A DNA stretch of 64,000 nt from Carcharhinus amblyrhynchos (taxonomy: Eukaryota), in assembly GCA_965287045.1 (NCBI GenBank), contig OZ336878.1, positions 110,422,001 to 110,486,000 of the forward strand. Direction: 5' to 3'. Positions 1-11,655 of this stretch are shown piece after piece. The notes below the pieces were generated by a model. The model made no database searches. It saw only the letters and a program-made list of their open reading frames with translations, and was not told the origin of the DNA. The position numbers were made by a program, and so were the translations under genes. Position 1 is the first letter of the stretch. Each line of letters begins with the position of its first letter.

Positions 1-785
1 GATATTTTGGCCTTGGAGGGAGTGCAGAGGAGGTTTACTAGGCTGATACCGGAGTTGAGGGGGTTGACCTATGAGGTTCACAATAATGATCCCTGAATAG
101 AGAGCTTGTCGTCTGAGGAACAGTTCAGGGCTGTGGGTCAGTACTCATTGGAGTTGAGAAAGATGAGGGAGGATCTTATTGAAGCTTACAGGATACTGCC
201 AGGCCTGGAGACAATGTTTCCACTCGTAGGAAAAACTAGAACCAGAGGGCACAACCTTAGGCTAATGGGGCGATTGTTTAAAACACAGATGAGGAGGGAT
301 TTCTTCAGTCAGAGAGTGATGAATCTGAGGAGAGGCTGAATAAACTAGGCTTGTACTCGTTAGAGTTTAGAAGAATGAGGGGAGATCTCATTGAGACATA
401 TAAGATGATGAATGGGATGGATAGGATAGAGGTGGAGAGACTCTTCCCGCTCAGAAAGGACAGTAGGACTAGGGGGCACAGACTCAAGATAAAGGGGGGG
501 GGCGGTTTAGAATGGAGTTGAGGAGGAACTTCTTCACTCAAAGGGTGGTGAATCTCTGGAATTCTCTGCCCGTTGAAGTGGTGGAGGCTGCCTCACTAAA
601 TATTTTTAAGACGCGGATTGATGGGTTTTTGATAAGAGAGGGTTTTTGATTAAGGGTTATGGGGAGAGGGCGGGAATGTGGAACTGAGCCACGACAGATC
701 AGCCATGATCTTATTGAATGGCGGGGCAGGCTCGAAGGGCTAGATGGCCTACTCCTACTCCTAGTTCATATGTTCTTATGTTCTT
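1..785 (+). mobile_element. CR1-clade (HER1-like) LINE 3' fragments, two juxtaposed pieces
   Basis: Degenerate ORF2 C-terminus (LxSLExRRxRGDLIExYK, TRGHxxK, RxxFFSQRVVxxWNxLP) followed by 3' UTR ending in TTCTTATG-type repeats. Confidence 0.9.
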
Positions 786-1190
786 GTCTCTTTGGTCTAC
801 CTACAACTTGTGTGTTCCATTGCAACTTGACAGCTTACCAATGATTCTAGGCCCTACGGTCCTGAGTGCCTCACTCCCCAATACCCCGCATCGACCAACC
901 CAACCTGACCGACTGCCCTCCAGATAATCTAATGATCAGACCTTCCCAACTACCCCGCCTATCACCCCACACTATTGGACACCCCTTCCCGCACCACCAC
1001 ATCCTGAGTGCACCTCCCCCTAAGCAACCGACATATTTTCCCATCCCCCGATCAGCCTTCCGGCCCTTCCGCCCCATTCACCCTCAGATCTAATCCCCAC
1101 TCCGACCACCCCAAATAGACCCACTTAGCAACTCACACATCCAGCCAGCCGTTCGCGCAGCCATCCACCCACTTACCCACTTACGCAATT

Positions 1191-1495
1191 ACGGCACGGT
1201 AGCACAGTGGTTAGCACTGCTGCTTCACAGCTCCAGGGTTCTGGGTTCGATTCTCGGCTCAGGTCACTGTCTGTTTGGAGTTTGTACATTTTCCTCGAGT
1301 CTGCGTGGGTTTCCAACCACAGTCCAAAGATGCGCGGGTTATGTTGATTGGCTATGCTAAGAAATTGCCCCTTAGTGTCCAGGGAGTGGAGGTTAGAGGG
1401 ATTAATATGTGGGGGCCTGGGTGGGATTGTGTTCGGTGCAGACTCGATGGGCCGAAGGGCCTCTTTCTGCACTGTAGGGATCTACGCTCTATGAT
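1191..1495 (+). mobile_element. HE1-type tRNA-derived SINE (present in copy 1 only)
   Basis: Head cggcacggtagcacagtggttagcactgctg with B-box-like ggttcgattc; tail gggccgaagggcctctttctgcactgtaggga. Confidence 0.85.
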
Positions 1496-2602
1496 CTGCT
1501 CACTCATCCGCTCACCCACCTGTTCCTCCTTCACAGTCACTGATCACCCACACGCTGAATGTCTTTGAGATCTGTAACCACTTTCCCTGAGTGCGGCAGT
1601 TGACGTTCTGAGAAGGGACAGTGCACCCTGCCCTGCCCCCTAGTGGGTGACTGCGTTGAAACATCGCTGTTGCAGTCCCGCCTGGATGGACTGCGACCGT
1701 CGCAGTCAGCAGCTATCGCCACCCTACATCAACAACTAATGATCCAAGGCCTAACTTGTTTCCGATATGATAAAAATAGCAACCGGAGGTGACGGAGGTC
1801 ATATGTTGCTCAATGTCCTACCATTGAGATCAGACAGAGGTTGATTGCAGCAGTTTCACTCAGAAGGTAATGCGCGCAGCAATATAACAATTATTCCAAC
1901 CTGGGATGTCTCCATCTAGCTCAGTCCAATGCAAAGATATCCGATTAAACTTTAACAAAGCAGGTAAATTTAAATTATTTAAATTGTTAACAGTTGGAAG
2001 GTACAGCCTGTATATGTGGTTCTTTGGAGCTCCTGGCTAATTCTTTCCTCTCAATCATCACTTTTAGAGAAAGGTCGCTTAGTCTTTGGTACATTTCTAT
2101 TCATGGAAACTTGCTGTGGTCAAATTGGCAACTCTCGTTTCCTACATTGCAATCCCAGAAGATCACTGTACTGAAAGCTCTTCGCCAAGTCTAATGGTCC
2201 GGAGGGAGGAAATGAAGTCGAGCATTATTCTTTATTTCTTTGTCCTGTATATTAAGGAAGATTTTAAGTAACCCGTCCGTCCTCTCAAGATGTAACGAAA
2301 GATTATTTTCTGAAGCCGAGGCTGAGGTTGATTTCCGCGAGAGTTATAACTGGACGTTACATTTTCTAGTGTGTTTGATAATTAATAAATGAGACCAGCT
2401 TCTCAATTGATTTCAAACAGGAAATCAGTTAGAATTCCTGCCAGTTAGTCTCCACTGTTATATTGCAGCGACCTCCAGCTATAAAAACAAATGCACTAAA
2501 TTTAACTGCTTCACCTATTTTGTTTTGTTCACAATGTTGAATGATTTGCCATGAAAAATGTTACAAAATACCACTCATTTGTCCACAGGCAACCGCGAAG
2601 CC

Positions 2603-2645
2603 ATGCTATGCAATAGAATCGTTTGGTCATTGCTGTTGTTCTCTG
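2603..2645 (+). CDS. NCR3: NKp30/NCR3-like gene A, signal peptide exon (MLCNRIVWSLLLFS-G)
   Basis: gccATG at 2603, hydrophobic leader, phase-1 donor G|gtaagt at 2645/2646, acceptor ccacag| at 2588; in frame with V exon at 5457. Confidence 0.85.
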
Positions 2646-2689
2646 GTAAGTAATCTGCACCCGGGCTCTCTCATTTGTCTATGAATAAA

Positions 2690-3130
2690 CGTATGTACAC
2701 ACACGCATACCCAGAGTTACACATCCACACAGATACTTGTTATCGAGGTTTATGCACCAATATATACATATATATCTACTTATATTAGAAACAAATATTT
2801 AAATATTTCACGCAGAAGCGTCGACACACACATCTGTAAAGATATCTATATTATTCAGATGCGTACTTCATATAGAGGTATAAATGCATACATATAAACA
2901 TATTGCACAAACACACATCCACACGCACAGATACGTACGCACACATACTCCCACATGTATGCACACACATACATGTACACAAACGAACACACACATATAT
3001 CAACATATACACACATACACTCAGGCACGCACGGACACATCCACACACTCAAACGCACACACACACACACACGGGCACATACATCAACACACTCTCCCAC
3101 ACACAGACATACACACAAGCACACACACAC
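2690..3130. repeat. Degenerate (CA)n/(CATA)n simple repeat
   Basis: Visible acacac/atacac runs; paralog at about 24000-24565. Confidence 0.9.
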
Positions 3131-3625
3131 TGAAGCCCCTCATACCTAGAACCGTTCTCGTAAATCTTTTTCGCAATGTCTTCAATCCATTCAAATCATT
3201 TTTGGGATGCCGGAACAGCGTGTGGGGAGAGATTGGGTCAGTTCGGATCACAGAAGAGTTTAGATGGAGCTTAGACAAAGGTAGGGCGATCTCATAAATA
3301 CCGATAATATTCTAGCAGGACTTGACAGGGTAGATGCAGGAAGGGATATTCCCGATGTGGGGTGTCCAGAACCATGGGTCACAGCCTAAGGACACAGAGT
3401 AAACATTTTAGGTCTGAGATGAGGAGGAAGTTCTTCAATCAGAGAGTGGTGAGCCCGTGGACTTCGCTGGCACAGAAAGCACAGATATAACTCTTGAGGC
3501 TAAAAGTAGAGGAGGGGCGGGAATAGGGTACTGAGTTGGATGATCAGCAATTAATATAATGAATGATAGGAAAGGCTGGAAGGGTTGAATTTAGTACTCC
3601 TGCCCCTATTTTATATGTTCCTATG
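3131..3625. mobile_element. CR1 LINE 3' fragment with inverted 5' piece
   Basis: About 3131-3245 is minus-strand CR1 (KRFTRxxxGMRG); about 3250-3625 is plus-strand CR1 3' end; same structure at about 24583-25098. Confidence 0.7.
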
Positions 3626-4137
3626 TCTGTAAAGTGCGATGGCCAAAATGTTATTTTACACAGGGTTTACATAACTTCTGTGCCCCATTAATAAATGCTG
3701 TCTATTTCATTAACAGCCGCCTCCTCCCCATTCTGCCACCTTCAATGACTTATGCACATACACATCGGGGTGGCTCTGTTCCTACAGAGTAGGACCCTTC
3801 ATTTTTCTCTTCTCCCTTCGTGTTTGTTCTACCAGAACGAATCACTTCACAATTCTCTGCGTTAAATTAAATCTCCCATTTGACCCCCGATTCCAGCAAA
3901 CTGTCCATATGCCATTTCGAACTCCGCCACTATCCTCATCGCCCTTCACAATGCTTTCAAATTTTTAATGCTCCACAATTTTAGAAAATGGTGCCCTGAG
4001 AATCAAGGTCATTTATCTATGCAACGTCACAGGTTTCTTATTCCTTGTCGCTCTTTGGCGATTGTGCAAAGACGGAGCTACCACTCCGCCTCGCATATAA
4101 AGCTCGGAGCAACAATGTAGCGTGGCGCGACTATTGC

Positions 4138-4180
4138 ATGTTTACCGGAGTTACCGACTCCAGAGTTACAGTCTACCAAG
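4138..4180 (+). pseudogene. Truncated relic of the V-exon 5' end with dead acceptor (AG to CG)
   Basis: atgtttaccggagttaccgactccagagttacagtc matches atgtttacag|gagttactgactctggagttacagtc at the V exon start (27326 onward). Confidence 0.7.
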
Positions 4181-4811
4181 CAAGGATAGAGAATGATAAG
4201 AATTGTTGACCCTGTTTCCCTCTTTACGATTATGTGGACATTTTAATTTGTCTTTATATGCACAAGAAGAGTCTGGCTCAAAAAAAAGGACAGGTAACCA
4301 CTAAGACTTAATATTTTCGACTCCCTGGCTGGAATGTATACCTTGAGTGTGCTTGAACCGTGCTGAAAAAGTGCCCGATTTTCCTACAATTTCGAATTCT
4401 AATTTATCACCAGTTTTTTATTTACATACGCGCCTCATTTGTAACTTAGGCTCCCAGCTAGTGTAAGGTGGCATTTGCTTTAAAGCGTAATATTCACGCT
4501 TCTGACCTGCTTTCGGGAACACTGTGGAGCCAATGAAATATTTGCAAGTAGAGGCTTCAGTTGTTCGGCAGTAGCTGCCGCCAGCGCCAGTTGAAACGTA
4601 TTGTAGTCAATTCCCATTAAATGAAGGGCAGCTTCAGCCTCGTTGCTCCTCTTTATTTGTGGTTTTGGCTGAGGGGTAGAAAGAAAAGTCTCAGAAAGCA
4701 GACCCGAAGGTAGATTGAACATCAGAAATAAAGCCGGAAAATATCACTCGGAATTCAGGCGGTACTCAATGTACATTCAGGTCGGGCAATGGCTGGGGAG
4801 AAACAGGGAGA

Positions 4812-4945
4812 CCGGGGGAGAGATTCTCCGGCCTCCAAGCAGTGTGATTCTGGCCGGCGGGTGGTGGAGCGTTGTTTACCAGCGGATGAAAAATATCCCA
4901 TTGACCATGCAGCAAGAAACCAGCAGGAGAATCCCGCCAAAGAAT
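4812..4945. mobile_element. Short MITE-like element with imperfect terminal inverted repeats
   Basis: gggggagattctcc ... ggagaatcccgcc; the paralog at about 26281-26830 carries a SINE insertion. Confidence 0.45.
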
Positions 4946-4984
4946 GGAGCGGCCAGGACCTTGTAGCCTTAAGTGTTAATTTTA

Positions 4985-5272
4985 CTTATTAATTTCAAAG
5001 AAGTCTTACATTAACACTGCAATGAAGTTACTGTGGAAAGCCCTCAGTCGCCACACTCCGACGCCTGTTCGGGTACACTGACGGAGAATTTAGCACGGCC
5101 AATGCACCCTAACCAGCACATCTTTCAGATTGTAGGAGGAAACCGGAGCACCCGGAGGAAACCCACGCAGACACGGGGACAAGGTGCAGAATCCGCACAG
5201 ACAGTGACCTAAGCCGGGAATCGAACCCGGGTCCCTAGCACTGTGAGGCAGCAGCTAACCACTGCGTCACCA
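4985..5272 (-). mobile_element. SINE with HE1-like head and alternative tail (family B)
   Basis: Reverse complement of HE1-type head plus tail gtgtggcgact..gggcttt.cacagtaacttcattgcagtgttaatgtaag. Confidence 0.8.
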
Positions 5273-5456
5273 TGTCATAAATCAATGACCCTTCTTCAGA
5301 AAACTGAAGCGTTAAAATGACCCGTTGCGCGACTGAGCTTCTTGTTGCTGTCAGCCCATTGCTGATATCCATTTCAGAGCCCAGTGTTTCTGTAACTCAA
5401 AACCAACAATGTGGAGTGGCCTGACTGTTGATGAGGGTATAAATTTATATTTACAG

Positions 5457-5810
5457 GAGTTACTGACTCTGGAGTTACAGTCAAGCAAACACCGAACTCT
5501 GTTAGTGTTAAAGAAGGCGACGCCATCCATCTGTATTGTAGCTTCAGCGAGAATGCGACCGATTCAAGAAACAGAGCTATTGGTTCAGTCACTTGGTATA
5601 AAGATTTCCGAACCTGTGAAGTCCGCAACAACTGCAGAGAATATATCGGACGTGTTCAGAATTCTGATGTATCTTCCTTCCGCGAATTCAGAAACGCATC
5701 CATATCGATAACCAATGTGACCCTGAACGACACAGGGAAGTATTACTGTGAGGTGGAGCTTGTGATCGGCGTAAAGGGGACGGGAGAAGGAACAGATGTC
5801 ACAGTAAATC
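5457..5810 (+). CDS. NCR3: NKp30/NCR3-like gene A, single VJ-type IgV domain exon
   Basis: ttacag| ... C|gtgagt, 354 nt, phase 1/1, open. VKQTP..VKEGDAIHLYC..RAIGSVTWYK..EVRN..YIGRV..ASISITNVTLNDTGKYYCEVE..GTGEGTDVTV; AIGSVTW, EVRN and GTGxGT motifs match human NKp30. Confidence 0.9.
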
Positions 5811-7792
5811 GTGAGTTTGTGTTGCACCTGTAGCCTCACATTCCTTACAAATTGACACGTAAATGGGAGCTAAGGATAATTAATCCACCCCCAGATTGAA
5901 AGTCCCCCATGCTGGGTCTTGCCCACACAAATTGAATGCTGACGGGATCGGATGCAACCCTCAGGGTTTCACTCTATCCGGGTTTACTATGTTTCTACAA
6001 TAGTGGAGAAGAATTCTGGACCAGGTATAAAGCACAGTCACAACACCATGCAATGGTTTCAGCCCCCTGTGTCTGTGCGTGCTTGTTGTACAAGCTCACC
6101 TCTAAAGTAACACAATGTGCCCCAATCCCTAGCACTTTTCCGAAACCGTATCATATTGTACTTTGAACGCTCGATCCTTAATTAATTCACTTTTAAAATT
6201 CAGAACTAGCTGCCTCCAACACACTCTGAACCAGTGGATTCCAGATCCTAACCACTCAGTGCATGAAATGAATGCTTTATTTCCCTCATGCCCTTGTTGG
6301 CAGATTACCTGAAGTCCATCTCATCTCCTTATCGACTCTATCATAATAGGGAACAGTTTAACTCTAACTACTCTGTCCAGACCCTCGTGCATTTATTGCC
6401 CATCCCATTTTTTTTATTGAATTCAAATTCCACCACTTGCCATGTTGGGATTCGAACCCTGGTCCCCAGAACATTAATTGAATTTCAGGATTAATAGTCA
6501 CCTAGATAGGCATAAGTATTAAAGCTATAAATTCATGTTGCATTCGGCAAAAACACTCAGCTGCTGTTACATAAACACGAACATAGCAAAATAGGAGCAG
6601 TAATAGTTTATCGCTGGATTGTGGATCCAACTTCACATCCCGCCTGCCTACCATAACCCCGATTCCCTTGTTAACCACGACCACATTACAGTGGAATGGG
6701 TGGAAGTGCACAAACTTCATTTCTAGAATAATCCTAACGTAAAAAAGTGACAGAAAAGTAAACTTGGTTGGATATCCTTTCTGCATTATTTACTGTCACT
6801 TGACGACAATACTTGCCACTAGGGAATCATCATTCCAAGAATTTGAGCAAGACAAGTCAGAATAGAAAGGAGGATTCCAGTTAGGCGAGGATTCACCAGA
6901 CCATTCTCTTTCTATATGTCCGATATCAAGATACGGTATTGGCGAAATAGGCAAACAAATTATTGGAACACACTTTCCCCTCCACCAGCAGAAATTAAAA
7001 CAAGGCAGGAACATAGATTGTCATTTGTTGTCGCAACGAAACTGAAGACATTCCAGCCATTTTTATAGTTGGGACATTCATTGTGTACAGTTGGGTGCTG
7101 AGTCAGAACTCGAGATATCCCCAGGGTTGGCAAAATCCAGCAATAAATATTCAGGCTCCAGCTACTGGAAAATAAGTAATTTATGTGTACGCCAAACAAA
7201 TTCGAGAAAGTGGTGAGGGGGGGGGGGGGGCCGGGGGGGCGAGAGGGGCGGTGGAGGGGTACTGGAAAAGAAATAATTTATTTGTATGCCAAACAAATTC
7301 AAGAAAGAGGTGGGGAGGGGGTGCGAGAGGGGTAGTGGAGGGGTGGGGTAGTGCGGGCGCGGGGAGAGAGAGAGTTGTGCAGAACATTGTACAACAGCTC
7401 ATTTCACCATCCCCCTAACACTCCACTAAACGATCCGCGAGGAAATCTTGTGTTCACCGAACTGGCACGTTCTATCGGCTTTATCTGCTCACCATCTCTC
7501 TGCACCAGCGCTCTTGTCTCTCACCCTCAGTTAGTTTGCTTTCAACTAAAATGTACGACCAGCAACGGCCATCACCCAAACACAAATAGGGATGGTGGCT
7601 GACACATTATTTTGACTTTTCTGCTCATTTGCTCGGTGATCTGTGCACCGAGGTTTGAAATTCATCTTGCGGTTTCTCAACTGAAGCCCAGAATACCTGC
7701 ACCACCTCCACCCCCCTCCTCCTCCCCACTTCCCATCAAAAACACAGATGGGAAGAAAAAACATTTTTTTTGTTGCTGTTTTCTCTCTAAAG

Positions 7793-7930
7793 ATCATGTT
7801 GATTCTGAAGTAACAACACCTCCAAGTCAATGGAACACTTATCTGCTTATTTTCTCAGTGTTGGCTTTTGTGGTACTTGCTGTCATCCTGACTAAACTAA
7901 TTTATATTCTGCAATGCTGTAGACCACCAG
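7793..7930 (+). CDS. NCR3: Gene A stalk/transmembrane exon (HHVDSEVTTPPSQWNTYLLIFSVLAFVVLAVILTKLIYILQCCRPP-G)
   Basis: ttctctctaaag| acceptor, CAG|gtaatt donor, 138 nt, phase 1/1, in frame with V exon, hydrophobic span. Confidence 0.85.
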
Positions 7931-8129
7931 GTAATTATTCTGAATTCAGCCTATTTTACAACAAGGCGTGAATGACTATATGACTGAAGAATAGCATTGC
8001 TGATCTATGGCTTACATTGTTATACACCTACAATGTCTCTGAAATAATTAGCATGATTAATAATTACAGTAATACCAGCATTTCCATGAATATTCTTATT
8101 TTCCAAAGGGAGTTTTTTTAAAGTTAACA

Positions 8130-8370
8130 GCTAATTTATTAGCCACAAGTAAGGCTCCCATTAACACTGCAATAAAGTTACTGCGAAATTCCCCTAGTCG
8201 TCACAGCCCGGTTCATGTTCGGGTCAATGCACTTAACCAGCACGTCTTTCAGAATGTGGGAGGAAACCCGCAGGGAGACTCCACACAGTCACCCAAGCTG
8301 GGAATCGAACTTGGGTCCCTGGCGCGGTGAAGCAGCGGTGCTAACCACTGTGCTACCATGCCGCCCATGC
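8130..8370 (-). mobile_element. SINE family B
   Basis: Same head and tail motifs as 4985-5272. Confidence 0.75.
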
Positions 8371-8779
8371 GTTAAATTTAGAAAATTATTTATAACCTGA
8401 CATAACTTGAAGCTGCAAATATCATGGCTCGTGTCATAGTTGTATATTAATTATATAAGATAAACTGGACAGTCAGCCACTCGGCTCAACCAATCCATGC
8501 TGCTCCTTATGCTCCATTCGAACCTCCTCCTAAATTTTTTAAAAATCTAAATATATGATTATAACCATTCGTATTCGCTTCCCTCATTTGTTTGCCTGCA
8601 TTACCCTTACGGATGTACTTTGCTTTAATATCCTGTGATATTCTAACCATCATTAAAAACGATGGACAACAATTTTGTGTCAAGTGTGAAAAACAGCGTC
8701 GTGCCTGATGCTATGAACTCCCTCCCGACATCCTTTCAATAAATAACTTAATTGGGTGAGTTGTTTTTTTCTGAAACAT

Positions 8780-9750
8780 GCCATGTGCACACAGATACAT
8801 ACACGTGTACATATATGCACACACAACCAGAGACACACACACAGACACACATATAATCATACACGCACATATACACAATGGTGACACGCACAGATGCATA
8901 CTAACCAGCACACAGAAGTACACACAGACACGACACACAATAGACACATGCAGGCACATTCGTATAGCTACATAAACACACAGGCACACATGGACACAGG
9001 CACAATCACACACTTCGGAACACATACTGATGCAGACACTGGCAGACATACATAGATATCTACAGACCCACACACAGCAATACATAAAGACATGCACACA
9101 ACACACACAGACACCTATATGGACACATGTATACACACACACAGACATAGACGCACATGCAAACACATTATGTGCACACGCACATATGCACACATATAAA
9201 CGCACACATGCAAACACAAACAGACAAACACAGAAATACATACTGACACATGCACACAACACGCACACATAGACACATACATGTATACACGCACACAATC
9301 ACACATTTATGCACACACTTACATGCAGGTGTAGATGCAATCACACACATACAGACATAGACGTGCACACATATATACAGACCCACACACTGAAATATAT
9401 ACAGACACGCACACACATGCACAGATACATATATATATACATGTGTACATACAGAGAGACAGACATACAGAGAATCACTCACTTTTGCACATCCATTGAC
9501 AACTGGACACATACAGACACTGACAGACACATACTGATACATACAGATCCACAAACTTAAATACATTCAGAGACGTACAAACAACACATAGACACACACA
9601 TGCATACACGCACTCACACACACACACAAACACTCACTTATGCAGACATACATACAATCACACACATATAGACACGAAGAGATATACAAATACATAGAGA
9701 CCCACACACTGAAATACATACAGACACAGAAATACATACAAAGACACATA
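8780..9750. repeat. Long degenerate CA/CATA/CAGA simple repeat
   Basis: Low-complexity acacac tract near the duplication endpoint. Confidence 0.9.
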
Positions 9751-10143
9751 AATGAAAGAATAAGGAAATTCTTGCACAGCGCAAGATATAACACTCCATC
9801 TCCGAAAACCAGCCACTCTGAAATCTATAGGTTTATAATACACAGCCTTACATTCACTGAACTCTCGTTTCCCCGTGGCTTTATCTACTGGCCATCTTTA
9901 GCCCGTGTCTTTGTGCTCAGTTGACACTTTTTGAACTGAAACTTACGCCTAACTAAAGCGTGCGACAGCGCAGGCTAGCACGCAAAACATTTGTTTCCTT
10001 TATCTGCTCGTCATCTTCGTGCTGTGGCACTCGGCACCGAAGCTGGCGGAAGGTTTCTCAAATAAAGCGTAGAGTTAACATCAAAAGCAGAGTGGAGGAA
10101 AGAAAAAACTGTTGTTTCTTTTTTGTTTGTTTTCTCTCTGTAG

Positions 10144-10611
10144 GTCGCTTTAATTCGGAAGGGACATCGCTTGCAAATCAAGGGAACGTTTATCGGCTCA
10201 TAGCGTCAGCGTTGGTGCTAGTATTGCTGGCATTCATCTTTCGGACGGCTCGGTGGCACAGTGGTTAACACGGCTGCCTTACAGCTCCAGCGACCGGGGT
10301 TCGTATTCCAGTCTTGGGCGACCGTCTGTAGAGTTTGCACGTTCTCCCCGTATCTGCGTGGGTTTCCTCCGGGTGCGCCGGTTTCCTCCCAGACTCCAAA
10401 GACGTGTGGATTACATGGATTGGCCATGCTAAATTGACCCTTAGTATCAACGGGATTAAGCATGGTAAATACTTGGGATTATGGGTATAGAGCCTGGGTG
10501 GGATTGTTGTTAGTGCAGGGTCGATGGGCTGAATGGCCTTCTTCTGCACTGTAGGGTTCAATAAATTCTATTCTATTTTCAAATTTCCTCCTCACTGCTG
10601 CAGACCTCTCG
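10144..10611 (+). pseudogene. Divergent paralogous TM exon (RFNSEGTSLANQGNVYRLIASALVLVLLAFIF..HCCRPL) interrupted by a SINE; donor mutated
   Basis: tttctctctgtag| acceptor; upstream intron resembles 7470-7790; after the SINE, tgctgcagacctctcg|ctaattat matches tgctgtagaccaccag|gtaattat. Confidence 0.8.
10243..10576 (+). mobile_element. Full-length HE1-type SINE inserted in the pseudo-TM exon
   Basis: Complete head-to-tail SINE motifs. Confidence 0.9.
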
Positions 10612-11244
10612 CTAATTATACTAAATTCAACTTGATTACTAAGTAGAGTAAGTTACTGCAGACCTATATCTTCCCTGCAGTGTGTTGAATACCGTATATG
10701 TAAAAGGACACCGCGATTAGTTTAACTCACGATGCAATGTATCTAGAGCGACACTAAATCAAAATGATGTTAATCACAATAATGACAGCGTTGGCTACGA
10801 TTATTTTGTTTAACAAATGGAACTGAACAAGGCCATTGTTAGAACTTTGCATATTTTGAAATCAGAAATACCATGGTTTGTACCATAGATGTGTTTTGAT
10901 TACCGCAGAATCAATTAATGGAAAGACCGATATAGTCACATCTCCTGATTCGGTTCCCAGCTTGGGTCACTGCCTTAGCAGAGTATGCATGTTCTCCCAT
11001 TGTCTGTGTAGATTTGCTTCAGGTTTCCTTTCACACTGCGGGTTAGGTGGATTGGCCATGTTAAATGCGCAGGGTAACTATTATAGGGCGGGGGAGTGAC
11101 CCTCGGTAGAGTGCTCTTTCACAGGGTCGCTGCAGACTTGATGGGGAATGATTGGGATTCTGTGCACTGTGTTCGGCGAAAGGGGCGTGAAGAAAGCAAA
11201 GAGACTGGGCAATCGGCCACCTGCCATGCTGTGTCCTATGATTT

Positions 11245-11655
11245 AGAAAAATGAGGGGAGATCTCATTGAGACGTATAAGATGATGAATGGGATGGATAG
11301 GATAGAGGTGGAGAGACTCTTCCCGCTCAGAAAAGACAGTAGGACTAGGGGGCACAGCCTCAAGATAAAGGGGAGGCGGTTTAGAACGGAGTTGAGGAGG
11401 AACTTCTTCACTCAAAGGGTGGTGAATCTCTGGAATTCTCTGCCCGTTGAAGTGGTGGAGGCTGCCTCGCTAAATATTTTTAAGAAGCGGGTTGATGGGT
11501 TCTTGATAAGAGAGGGGATTAATGGTTATGGGGAGAGGGCGGGAAAGTGGAACTGAGCCACAACAGATCAGCCATGATCTTATTGAATGGCGGGGCAGGC
11601 TCGAAGGGCTAGATGGCCTACTCCTGCTCCTATTTCTTATGTTCTTATGTTCTAT
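11245..11655 (+). mobile_element. Young CR1/HER1 LINE 3' end
   Basis: ORF 11251-11556 RGDLIETYK..TRGHSLKI..FFTQRVVNLWNSLP; nearly identical to 366-785. Confidence 0.92.

Larger units (their letters stand above)
826..8610 (+). repeat. Segmental duplication copy 1 (gene A upstream region, leader, V and TM exons); paralog of 22582-31800
   Basis: Collinear similarity starts at tgacagcttaccaatga (about 827 vs 22584) and ends at ccctcatttg.ttgcctgcatt.cccttac (about 8610 vs 31800). Confidence 0.9.

Noticed and set aside
1191-1260. tRNA genes and CACAGTG RSS heptamers
   Set aside because: These are the tRNA-derived heads of SINEs; no full cloverleaf or correctly spaced nonamer
6800-7200. Unique-looking block conserved with 30050-30450
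   Set aside because: Stops in the frames examined; similarity is explained by the segmental duplication
7880-7910. Lys in gene A TM region as proof of activating function
   Set aside because: It lies near the cytoplasmic end and was probably present in gene B before the 5-bp deletion, so it is not diagnostic
8711-9924. Long His/Thr-rich and Cys/Val-rich ORFs (also 2851-3297, 15740-17072, 24174-24783)
   Set aside because: Translations of CA/TG simple repeats that lack stop codons; no splice or domain evidence
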